Positions 48,232 through 57,182 of a stretch of DNA of 64,000 nt are shown in pieces. The stretch is from assembly GCA_965242925.1 (NCBI GenBank), contig CBDEUM010000034.1:160001-224000 (forward strand), given 5' to 3'. Within the stretch, counting starts at the first letter, position 1. Every line of letters starts with the position of its first letter. The position numbers and the translations under genes were made by a program. Origin of the DNA: Roseibacillus sp. Lineage in GTDB: Bacteria; Verrucomicrobiota; Verrucomicrobiia; Verrucomicrobiales; Akkermansiaceae. Below the pieces are notes generated by a model. It was not told where the DNA came from. It made no database searches and saw only the letters and a program-made list of their open reading frames with translations.

Positions 48232-48272
48232 GTTTCCTGCAACTCTGACAGGTGGGCGGGGACGACAGGCAG

Positions 48273-49838
48273 CTACCCCCTACCGGAAGTCTCATCACTC
48301 CCCAAGGGCCGCACCAGACTCCTTCCCGTCATTTCGGAAGGTTGCCGAAGCCCCAGCATTGCCAGGAGAGTGGGCGCAACGTCCGCCAGGATACCATCAT
48401 CAACCATCATGCATTCGGCATCGTCGGCTACATATACCGCGTGCACGAGGTTGGTGGTGTGTGCGGTGTGTGGAGAACCGTCGGCATTGCGCATGAACTC
48501 GCAGTTCCCATGATCTGCAGTGATGAGCAACTTACCCCCCAGTCGCAGGGTCTCCTCCACCACCTGCCGCACACCGTCATCAATCGTTTGCACCGCCTTG
48601 ACGGCGGCCTCGACAACCCCGGTGTGCCCCACCATGTCCGGGTTTGCATAGTTGAGGATGACGAGGTTGTAATCCTTCAGCTTCTCAACCACCTGGGCGG
48701 TCACTTCAGGTGCGCTCATCTCCGGTTTGTGATCGTAGGTCGGCACCTCTTTCGGAGACGGGATGATGATCCGTTCTTCCTCACTACAGGGCGCCTCCTC
48801 CCCACCGTTGAAGAAGTAGGTTACATGCGGATACTTCTCCGTTTCCGCAATGCGGAGTTGATTCCTCCCCGCTGCCGCCACCACCTGCCCCAGCACGTTC
48901 ACCAGGGTTTCGGAGGGAAAGACCACCGGGCAACCGTAGGTTTGGTCGTATTCGGTCAGGGTCACGTAGTGAACGGCGGGACGCGCCCCTGTCTCGAAGC
49001 CCCCGAATCCCTCGGTCAGGAACGCTTCGGAAAGCTGGCGGGCCCGGTCAGCCCGGAAGTTGAAGAAGAGAACGACATCTCCGTCGCGAACCCGCTGTGT
49101 ATTGGCCTCGTGGAAAATGATGGCAGGCAGAAACTCGTCTGTCTTGTTCTCCTTGTAGTGCTGCGCCACGGCCTCGCTAGCTAGAATTTCACTCGCCTCA
49201 CCAACACCATGAACGATGGCGTCCCATCCCAGTTTGGTCCGCTCCCATCGACGGTCCCGGTCCATCGCAAAATAGCGGCCTACCACCGTCGCTATCCGCG
49301 CACCGTGCTGCGCAAGCCCATCTTCCACCTTCCCGAGGAAATCCGCCCCGCCAGTGGGCGAGGTGTCCCGCCCGTCTGTAATGGCATGGGCCATGATGTC
49401 CTCAACGCCTGCTGCCCTGGCCGCCCCTGCCAGGGACACCAGGTGGTCCTGGTGGCTGTGCACTCCCCCATCCGAAACAAGTCCTATCAAGTGCAGTCGA
49501 CTGGATCGGGCCTTGGAAAACGCCTCCTGAAGAACAGCATTTGCAGCCAGTTCTCCCCCCTCGATCACCTTGTTGATCCGGGTCAGATCCTGGTAGACAA
49601 TTCGTCCCGCTCCCAGGTTCAGATGTCCCACCTCGGAATTTCCCATCTGGCCATCGGGCAGCCCTACATCCATTCCCGAACAGCTCACAAATCCCCTCGG
49701 ATACCTCGCCAGCATCTCATCGTGAAACGGCGTCTTGGCGAGCAGGGTGGCATTCCCATCGGCCTGCGCCGTTGCCGCCCCCCCAGGATTCACACCCCAG
49801 CCATCCCGAATTATGAGAACCACAGGTGGTTTTGGCAT
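48273..49838 (-). CDS. gpmI: 2,3-bisphosphoglycerate-independent phosphoglycerate mutase
   Basis: DGWG, MGNSEVGH, SDGGVHSH, DGRD, AETEKYPHVT, NPDMVGHTG, TADHGN. Confidence 0.97.
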   Translation of the reverse strand: MPKPPVVLIIRDGWGVNPGGAATAQADGNATLLAKTPFHDEMLARYPRGFVSCSGMDVGLPDGQMGNSEVGHLNLGAGRIVYQDLTRINKVIEGGELAANAVLQEAFSKARSSRLHLIGLVSDGGVHSHQDHLVSLAGAARAAGVEDIMAHAITDGRDTSPTGGADFLGKVEDGLAQHGARIATVVGRYFAMDRDRRWERTKLGWDAIVHGVGEASEILASEAVAQHYKENKTDEFLPAIIFHEANTQRVRDGDVVLFFNFRADRARQLSEAFLTEGFGGFETGARPAVHYVTLTEYDQTYGCPVVFPSETLVNVLGQVVAAAGRNQLRIAETEKYPHVTYFFNGGEEAPCSEEERIIIPSPKEVPTYDHKPEMSAPEVTAQVVEKLKDYNLVILNYANPDMVGHTGVVEAAVKAVQTIDDGVRQVVEETLRLGGKLLITADHGNCEFMRNADGSPHTAHTTNLVHAVYVADDAECMMVDDGILADVAPTLLAMLGLRQPSEMTGRSLVRPLGSDETSGRG

Positions 49839-50035
49839 GACTCGACGGACCATAGTGACGGACGGCCTCATGCCAAAGCGCAATCTCGATTCTTCCTGAA
49901 CCCCACTCGAGCTATCCTCCTGCAGTCCGTTTCAGAAAATACGCCGCCGGTCCGGGTCTTGGCGCTCTTATCCCGGTCCGGAAGAATCCCCCTGTCCGGG
50001 TGAAGCAATTTGGCAGGTCCTTGTCTGCCCCGACG

Positions 50036-51700
50036 CTAATCGGTCACCTGCACGTTATCAATAGACAGTCCGCTGAAGGCATCAACACCTCCATCACTCA
50101 CGAAATTCCACTCGATGATAACATCCTGTCCAATGGCCTCCGGCACCACTGGCATCCTGATCATGATCCAATCGGCATCAAAAACGGTCATGTCGAGTGG
50201 CGTCGCCGCTCCCAGCTGCACCAGATCGACCGCTCCGAGGAATCGCACGGTCGCAATGTCTCCCACACCATCAGCATCGCGAAAAGCCATGAAACTCAAC
50301 TCCGCCTCCGCGACCGTGCTCATATCCAGCACCGGTGACCGTAGAGAGATGTTCGAATCTGCGCCGTAATCACCCAGGTTCGTGGACCAGGCATTACTCG
50401 AATCCTCCGCTCCGGTGAGCGGACCGGTCGTTGCCTCCGGTGCACCAAGCTCCCAGCGCGTGTTGCCGCCCGGGTCGTTTATGACAGTGGTCCATCCGCC
50501 TGCCCCGGATTCGAGATCATCAGAGAGAATAATGACCGGGGGGGCATCGAATTCCCCAACCACAAAGAAACGCCTCTCATCGGCGGGCATGGGCACCACC
50601 AGAGTGTTTTTCGGGGGAGTCGCCACCAGCCCCTGCTGTCCATCAAAGATCGGCCACTGGGCAGGATCACCATTGGAAGAGTCAAGCTCGCTGCGCAGGT
50701 TGTAGAGCTTCCCCGGAGAACTTTCCCACTGGATCATCAGTTCGTTGCTGCTGGGCAAGCGACTCATCTCCGTAACCCGAAGCTTCTTCGTCGGGAGCGG
50801 GACATGAACACCTTCCTTCGCGAGAAAGAAATCGATGTCAACCGCCCCGGTCTCTGGAGTAGCTCCCAATCCCATCACCGCATAAGTGTAGCTTTCATCG
50901 CCATTGCTCCCGGAGGTGAGGTGAAATGTCCGGGGAACCGATTCCCCACTCAGGTAGATGTCGGCCCGGTGCGTTCCTCCACCCGAACTGTCCGCCTCCA
51001 GGGTAACCCATACGTCCATCCAGTCCTGCGGAATGACATCCAACACATTTGCAGTGCCGGCAGCGTCATCGCCATCCACCTCCTCTGAGGGAAAGGCGCC
51101 GTTCAAACGATTCATCACCAGGCCTTCTCCTCCGGTAAAATCTCCCAGAGCAGTATTCGCGTAACTCGTGGAAGGAGCGAAGGACACGCTGCCTCCATAG
51201 AGCTGATCCCATATCCCGATAACACTTTTACCTCCATTGTGCAGGGCATATCCATCCCCCAGGGGGGGCCAACGACGCCCATCCGAGTAATTGTCCAGAG
51301 GACCGCTCTCGCGAATAGCCACCCGCGTGCGAAAATACATTGTGACCCCTCCAGCGAGGGGCGAATAACCAGGGCTCAAAACAGGGGTGAGATCCTTCGT
51401 AAAATAAATCTTCCGGTTAGACGGATCGTTGCCGGGATTCCCGGTATCCTGAATACGCAGGAAGGTGTCATCCCCATCTGTAAACACACCCGCCCCGCCT
51501 GGACGCCCAACGCCGATAGTACTGCCGTCCCATGCATCCGAACCGTTGTCGTAATCCCAACCATCCATGGCGGGTTCAACGTCCCCCTCGTAAACCAAGT
51601 CCCACCCCCCGGGGGGATCGGCAAACCCGCTCTCCTGGGCCGACAAAAAAGCACCCGAAAGACAAGCACCCAGGGCGAGGCGGATAAGGGTGGGTTTCAT
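50036..51700 (-). CDS. secreted multidomain beta-sandwich protein
   Basis: Signal peptide; lectin-like N-terminal part; W.S.PG..Y...RFF module; C-terminal DDLESG..GW...WELG.P...L.SP.LD...SGL.IDNV (MAM/cleaved-adhesin-like). Confidence 0.7.
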   Translation of the reverse strand: MKPTLIRLALGACLSGAFLSAQESGFADPPGGWDLVYEGDVEPAMDGWDYDNGSDAWDGSTIGVGRPGGAGVFTDGDDTFLRIQDTGNPGNDPSNRKIYFTKDLTPVLSPGYSPLAGGVTMYFRTRVAIRESGPLDNYSDGRRWPPLGDGYALHNGGKSVIGIWDQLYGGSVSFAPSTSYANTALGDFTGGEGLVMNRLNGAFPSEEVDGDDAAGTANVLDVIPQDWMDVWVTLEADSSGGGTHRADIYLSGESVPRTFHLTSGSNGDESYTYAVMGLGATPETGAVDIDFFLAKEGVHVPLPTKKLRVTEMSRLPSSNELMIQWESSPGKLYNLRSELDSSNGDPAQWPIFDGQQGLVATPPKNTLVVPMPADERRFFVVGEFDAPPVIILSDDLESGAGGWTTVINDPGGNTRWELGAPEATTGPLTGAEDSSNAWSTNLGDYGADSNISLRSPVLDMSTVAEAELSFMAFRDADGVGDIATVRFLGAVDLVQLGAATPLDMTVFDADWIMIRMPVVPEAIGQDVIIEWNFVSDGGVDAFSGLSIDNVQVTD

Positions 51701-51850
51701 GGTAGTGGTTTGGCCTTGAACCAAAATACTTGGAGCCTGGGCAGAAAAAGCACCAGAAAAAACTACCCCAAAGGCTCACTCGTCGTCAGATGGGGAAAGA
51801 TTACCGAAGTTTAGAATTTCTCATTGCGGAATTAATGCTTTCCTCCCTCC

Positions 51851-52651
51851 GTGTCCTTTCTCGAACTCGTCGATGTTCACACCCACTTTCCCATCCGCAA
51901 GGGAACCTTCGGTGGGATCACCGGCTTGGTGCGCGCTGTCGATGGGGTCAGCCTCCGGATTGAAAAGGGTGAGATCCTGGGACTCGTCGGGGAGTCCGGC
52001 TGCGGCAAATCCACCCTCTCCCGCACCATCATGCAGCTCCAACCGGCCACCTCCGGCAAAATTCTCCTCGAGGGACAGAATCTCAGCACTCTGAGGCCCT
52101 CCGCCATCCAGAAACGGCGTCTCGACTTCCAAATGATCTTTCAGGATCCCTACGCCTCCCTCAATCCCCGCATGACCGTCTACTCGACCCTCGCCGAGGC
52201 ACTCTGCCAGCGTAGGGGTCTCCGCAACTCCCGAGACAGTCTGGTCAGCAAAGTGGGAGAAGTCATGGAACGGGTCGGCCTCGACGCCCGCTTCATGCGG
52301 AAATATCCCCACGAATTCTCTGGTGGTCAGCGACAGAGGATTGCCATAGCCCGCGCCCTCGCACCCAAACCGAAACTGGTGCTCGCGGATGAACCGGTAT
52401 CCGCTCTGGACGTTTCCATCCAATCCCAGATTCTCAATCTTCTCCTCGAACTGCGCAACGAACTGGATCTGACCATGCTCTTTATTTCCCACGACCTCTC
52501 GGTAGTGCGCTACCTCGCCGATAACATCGCCGTGATGAATGCCGGCAAGATCGTGGAATACGGAACCGCTGATGTCGTCTTTAACAGCCCTGAGAACACC
52601 TACACCCAGAAACTCCTGGCCGCCATTCCCCGGATCCAGTTCTCCGCCTGA
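51851..52651 (+). CDS. oligopeptide/dipeptide ABC transporter ATP-binding protein (OppF/DppF-like), orphan
   Basis: GESGCGKS, IFQDP, YPHEFSGGQRQR, DEPVSALD, SHDL, YTQKLL. Confidence 0.92.
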   Translation: MSFLELVDVHTHFPIRKGTFGGITGLVRAVDGVSLRIEKGEILGLVGESGCGKSTLSRTIMQLQPATSGKILLEGQNLSTLRPSAIQKRRLDFQMIFQDPYASLNPRMTVYSTLAEALCQRRGLRNSRDSLVSKVGEVMERVGLDARFMRKYPHEFSGGQRQRIAIARALAPKPKLVLADEPVSALDVSIQSQILNLLLELRNELDLTMLFISHDLSVVRYLADNIAVMNAGKIVEYGTADVVFNSPENTYTQKLLAAIPRIQFSA

Positions 52652-52754
52652 GACCGTTCCAGGCATCCTCGCTCCCTGCGCCCGGCACTCCGGGCAATTC
52701 CGTGAACTGAAGTCCTGACAAACCCTCATTCCGGGCTACATTTTCTCCCAGACG

Positions 52755-54251
52755 ATGAGCTACCAGGTCTTCGCCCGCAAATACCGCCCCCGGACCTTCG
52801 ACGACGTATTGGGTCAGGATCACGTGGTGACCACCCTCCGTAATGCCATCGAGGGCGATCGTCTGGCTCACGCCTACCTCTTTGTCGGACCGCGCGGTAC
52901 CGGAAAGACGTCAACCGCCCGCATTCTTGCCAAGGCTCTTAACTGCAGTAATGGACCGCGCCTCGACTTCGATCCCGAAGAGGAGATCTGCCTGGAAATT
53001 GCCGAGGGACGCGCCCTCGATGTCCTCGAGATCGACGGCGCCTCCAACAATGGGGTGGAGCAGGTGCGCGAATTGCGGGAGACGGTCAACTACGCCCCTG
53101 CCAGCGGACGCTTCAAGATCTACTATATCGACGAGGTCCACATGCTTACCACGGCGGCGTTTAATGCCCTCCTGAAGACTTTGGAGGAACCGCCCCCACA
53201 CGTGAAGTTCATCTTCGCAACCACCGAACCGAACAAGATTCTCCCCACCATCATCTCTCGCTGCCAGCGCTTTGACCTTCGACCGATTCCCCGTGAGATC
53301 ATCGCCAGTCACCTCCAGTACATCGCCACCGAGGAGAACGTCACCCTGGAGGATTCTGCAGCCCGGACCATCGCCAAGGGCGCCGATGGCGGGATGCGGG
53401 ATGCCCAGTCCATGCTCGATCAACTCGTCGCCTTCTGCGGCGAAACCGTAACCGACCGCAACGTACAGGACGTCTTCGGCTTTACCTCTTCTGAAACCAT
53501 CGCTGCCCTGACCTCCTCCATCTTCAGGAAAAATACCGCAGAGAGCATCTCCCTCGTGCAAGCCGAGGCCGACAAGGGCAAGGATCTCACCCAGCTCCTT
53601 TCTGAACTGGCCGGTTTTCTCCGTGCCCTGCTGATCGGACGCCTCAGCCCTGACTCCACCGGCGCGGATGTGCCTGTCGACTTTTGGGAGCAACTCGGCG
53701 ACCACGGCAAACATGTGAGCAATGACCGTCTCCTGACGGTTCTCGATCGTCTCGCTGATGCCGACGCACGCATGCGCCGGGCATCCAACAAGCAACTCCA
53801 CTTTGAGATCGCCCTGATTCGCGCCACCCAGTCGCTGGATGAAGTGCGCATCAGCGACGTGGTCATGGCTCTAGAAAAAGGCGCCAATCCGGACCGTCCT
53901 CCCCTCACCCCGGAAGAACCTGCGACCACCACTCCCGCCCCTGGAGAGCGAACGAAAGACCCGGTACCGCCGACCGGCCCGGACAACACCCCCCGCACCT
54001 CCTCTCGTGCCCGCAAGAAACGCCGGAATGTCGAGAACCAGCTCGAGTCCTTGATTGAACAGGCACCCGAAAAGCGGCCTGAGATTGCTCCCCAATCCGA
54101 TCCAGCCGCGCCGGAAGCTGGCCACATTTCTGCCGCCCCGCAATCCGTCGACTCTCCTGCCCCCGCCGAACCTCCGGCTCAGGAATCCTTTTACGACGAT
54201 CCACTCGTTCACGATGCGCTCCGCATCTTCAAGGGAAAGCTGAAGGAGTAA
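52755..54251 (+). CDS. dnaX: DNA polymerase III subunit gamma/tau
   Basis: YQVFARKYRP, GPRGTGKTS, EIDGASN, IDEVHML, NALLKTLEEPP, SRCQ. Confidence 0.97.
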   Translation: MSYQVFARKYRPRTFDDVLGQDHVVTTLRNAIEGDRLAHAYLFVGPRGTGKTSTARILAKALNCSNGPRLDFDPEEEICLEIAEGRALDVLEIDGASNNGVEQVRELRETVNYAPASGRFKIYYIDEVHMLTTAAFNALLKTLEEPPPHVKFIFATTEPNKILPTIISRCQRFDLRPIPREIIASHLQYIATEENVTLEDSAARTIAKGADGGMRDAQSMLDQLVAFCGETVTDRNVQDVFGFTSSETIAALTSSIFRKNTAESISLVQAEADKGKDLTQLLSELAGFLRALLIGRLSPDSTGADVPVDFWEQLGDHGKHVSNDRLLTVLDRLADADARMRRASNKQLHFEIALIRATQSLDEVRISDVVMALEKGANPDRPPLTPEEPATTTPAPGERTKDPVPPTGPDNTPRTSSRARKKRRNVENQLESLIEQAPEKRPEIAPQSDPAAPEAGHISAAPQSVDSPAPAEPPAQESFYDDPLVHDALRIFKGKLKE

Positions 54252-54254
54252 AAT

Positions 54255-55271
54255 ATGTCCCGCCCGGGTCGCAAGTTCTTCGCAGTGGCTCTGGTGACGG
54301 CCTCTCTCGGCTTTCACCTTGTGACAGTCGCAATCTTCTCGCGACAGCCTGATCGACTGGCGGCATTCACCGTCATTCCGATCTGGATCTGGGGGGCAGG
54401 CGGTCTTCTTCTCTCCAGCTGTGCCTTTCTGCTCTTTCGCGCCCGGCTCTCCCTTTTCGCCACCGCCGCCTGGTCGCTTACCGTTCTCTTTCTTGCCGAC
54501 GAGACCCGTCCCCTCGCCCGGATCGGCACACCTCCCCTCGATGCCGGCCGTCCCCAACGCTTCGAAGGACGCGAGGTGATCAGGGTTATCACCATCAATT
54601 GGGCCGGTTCCAACGAAAACCTCTCGGAGCCCATCATCCGCTACCAACCCGATCTTGTCTTCATTCAGGAGATCCCCCATCCCTATCGCCTGCGCCAGCT
54701 CAACGAAACACTCTTCGAGGGCAAGGGAGACTATCGCTACGACAAACTTACCCGTTGCGGATTGATCGCACGGGGCGAGATCGAGCATCACATCCCGAAC
54801 CCAAGAGAACTCCCCTACCGCAACCATCAGGTCCGTGTCAGACTGCCAAACGGCCGACGGATTGAGCTGGTCAATGTCCATTTGCAGGCCGCAGCCACCG
54901 ACTTGAACCTGTGGAGCCGTGATTGCTGGCGGAGCCACCATCACAATCGGAAGCGCCGCCGCATGGAGATCGCGGTTGCCTTGCAGAAACTCGAGAAGAC
55001 CAACATCAGCCCCAAACTACCCGCTGTTATCATTGCCGGAGATTTCAATGCTCCCACAGGCGACCGGGTCTACGCCATGCTGAAGGGCGAATTCACCGAT
55101 ACCTACAGTGAGGCAGGCTCCGGTTGGGGGAACACCTATCACCGTGCCTTCCCCATTCTTCGCCTCGATCACATCTTTGTCTCACGAGTCTTCCATCCCG
55201 TTCGCTCCCGGGTCGTCAGGGTGGAGGGATCTGATCACCGCATGGTTATTTCCGACTTGGTCATGAAGTAA
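54255..55271 (+). CDS. membrane-anchored endonuclease/exonuclease/phosphatase (EEP) family protein
   Basis: N-terminal TMs; TIN, LVFIQE, NVHL, AGDFN, RLDHI, GSDH. Confidence 0.88.
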   Translation: MSRPGRKFFAVALVTASLGFHLVTVAIFSRQPDRLAAFTVIPIWIWGAGGLLLSSCAFLLFRARLSLFATAAWSLTVLFLADETRPLARIGTPPLDAGRPQRFEGREVIRVITINWAGSNENLSEPIIRYQPDLVFIQEIPHPYRLRQLNETLFEGKGDYRYDKLTRCGLIARGEIEHHIPNPRELPYRNHQVRVRLPNGRRIELVNVHLQAAATDLNLWSRDCWRSHHHNRKRRRMEIAVALQKLEKTNISPKLPAVIIAGDFNAPTGDRVYAMLKGEFTDTYSEAGSGWGNTYHRAFPILRLDHIFVSRVFHPVRSRVVRVEGSDHRMVISDLVMK

Positions 55272-55372
55272 TCAATCTCTTCCCACCCGCGACAGCCGGA
55301 ATCAGACCTCTCGCCCAGCGCCCAACCTCCTCCGCCACCCGACACCGAGCGATCCAAACTCCCCACCCTCTC

Positions 55373-57127
55373 ATGCCCGAAATTACCCGCGACCATCTTG
55401 CCGAGGTCCTCGAAGAGATCGCCCTCCTTCTCGAATTGAAAGGCGAGAACACCTTTAAGATCCGGGCCTACCGCAATGGCTCTGAAATCGTACAATCTTT
55501 TGACGGCGATATCGTTCAGCGAGCAAGGGAGAACGATCTGAAGGGAATCAAGGGTATCGGTGAAGCTCTCCAGCAAAAACTCCACGAGCTTGCCTCCAGC
55601 GGCCTGCTCGCCTTCCACCAGAACCTCAGGAACGAATTTCCGGAAGGACTTTTCGAACTCCTTGAACTACAGGGGCTCGGCCCCAGGAAGGTCAGGGCCC
55701 TTTACGAAGAACTCTCGGTCGCCTCTCTGGGCGGGCTGAAGCGCGCATGCCAATCCGGGCAGGTGAGCGAACTTCCCGGCTTTGGGACAAAGAGCGAAGA
55801 GAAGATTCTCGGTGCCATCGAGGCGCACGAGCGATTCTCCGGCTACTACCTCCTCGCCGAGGTCGCTCCGGATGCCGAGCGGATCCTCGGCATTCTCAGG
55901 CAGCATCCGGATGTCAGCCGTGCGGAGATGGCGGGATCGTATCGACGAGGCAGCGAAACCGTTCACGATCTCGACTTCCTCGTGGCCACCCCTGAACCGG
56001 CAGCCATAACGGATTTTTTCACTAAGTTTGAAGGCATCCGGGAGATTCTTGCCCACGGCCAGACCAAGGCCTCCATCCGTCTCCAGAGCGGACTACAGTG
56101 CGACCTCCGCGCCGTCTCCACCCGGGAGTGGCCTTTCGCCCTGATCTACTTCACCGGGAGCAAGGAGCACAACGTCGAATTGCGTTCCCGGGCACTCAAA
56201 CAGAAGTTGACGCTCAACGAGTACCAAATCCAGCCGGTTGGAGGCTCCCGACGCGACGATCCCACTCCGGACATCAGGGAGGAGAGCGACCTCTACGCCG
56301 AACTGGGACTCCAATTCATCGAGCCTGCACTTCGGGAAAACCGGGGCGAATTCGACGCCGCAGACAAGGGAGATCTTCCCCGGCTTGTCGAACAGGACAA
56401 CTTACGGGGCACCTTTCACAATCACACCACCGAATCCGATGGCCGGTCCTCCCTGGCCGAGTTGATCGAAGTAGCGCGGGATCTGGGACTTTCCTACCTT
56501 GGCATCGCCGACCACTCCAAATCCTCCTTCCAGACCAATGGCCTCGACGAGGAACGCCTCCTCGCCCAGTCCGCGGCCATCCGCACTCTCGACGCCAGTC
56601 TCGACGACATCGACCTCTACGCCGGCAACGAAGTCGATATCCTCCGCGACGGCACCCTGGATTTTGCCGACGAGACCCTGGCCCAACTTGACTACGTGGT
56701 TGCCTCCGTGCATGCGTCTTTCAACCTGCCCGAGAAGGAGATGACCTCCCGCCTCATCAAGGCCATGGAAAACCCGCATGTGACAATGCTGGGCCATTTG
56801 AGCGGACGCCTCCTCCTGCGCCGCGATCCCTACGCCGTAAACCATGAAAAGGTCATCGACTGTGCGGCTGAGACCGGAACGGTAATCGAGCTCAATTGCT
56901 CGCCAAAGCGCATGGACATGGACTGGAGATGGTGGAGGCGCGCCCGGGACAAGGGAGTGAAATGCGCTCTCAACCCCGATGCGCATCACGCAAGCGGCCT
57001 GCAAAACCTCCACTTCGGCATCAGGGTGGCCCGCAAGGGCTGGCTCCGTCGACAGGATGTCTTGAATTGCCTTCCTGCGAAAGACATCCGGAAATGGCTG
57101 CAAACCCCTAAAGCTAAGCGTCTCTAG
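55373..57127 (+). CDS. polX: DNA polymerase X / PHP 3'-5' exonuclease
   Basis: GENTFKIRAY, GSYRR, HDLD and CDLR catalytic Asp residues, YFTGSKEHN; PHP HNH, DHS, DAH. Confidence 0.95.
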   Translation: MPEITRDHLAEVLEEIALLLELKGENTFKIRAYRNGSEIVQSFDGDIVQRARENDLKGIKGIGEALQQKLHELASSGLLAFHQNLRNEFPEGLFELLELQGLGPRKVRALYEELSVASLGGLKRACQSGQVSELPGFGTKSEEKILGAIEAHERFSGYYLLAEVAPDAERILGILRQHPDVSRAEMAGSYRRGSETVHDLDFLVATPEPAAITDFFTKFEGIREILAHGQTKASIRLQSGLQCDLRAVSTREWPFALIYFTGSKEHNVELRSRALKQKLTLNEYQIQPVGGSRRDDPTPDIREESDLYAELGLQFIEPALRENRGEFDAADKGDLPRLVEQDNLRGTFHNHTTESDGRSSLAELIEVARDLGLSYLGIADHSKSSFQTNGLDEERLLAQSAAIRTLDASLDDIDLYAGNEVDILRDGTLDFADETLAQLDYVVASVHASFNLPEKEMTSRLIKAMENPHVTMLGHLSGRLLLRRDPYAVNHEKVIDCAAETGTVIELNCSPKRMDMDWRWWRRARDKGVKCALNPDAHHASGLQNLHFGIRVARKGWLRRQDVLNCLPAKDIRKWLQTPKAKRL

Positions 57128-57182
57128 CAATCTACAATTCCGTCTTTTCCATCCCGGAATCCTGCCGTATGGTGCGCCGCGC

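Noticed and set aside
52652..52754. SRP RNA upstream of dnaX
   Set aside because: No CAGG..GGAA..AGCA domain IV motif; the spacer is explained by a promoter
53873..53882. dnaX programmed -1 frameshift site
   Set aside because: Only GAAAAAG (five A), not the A AAA AAG heptamer, and no clear stimulatory hairpin
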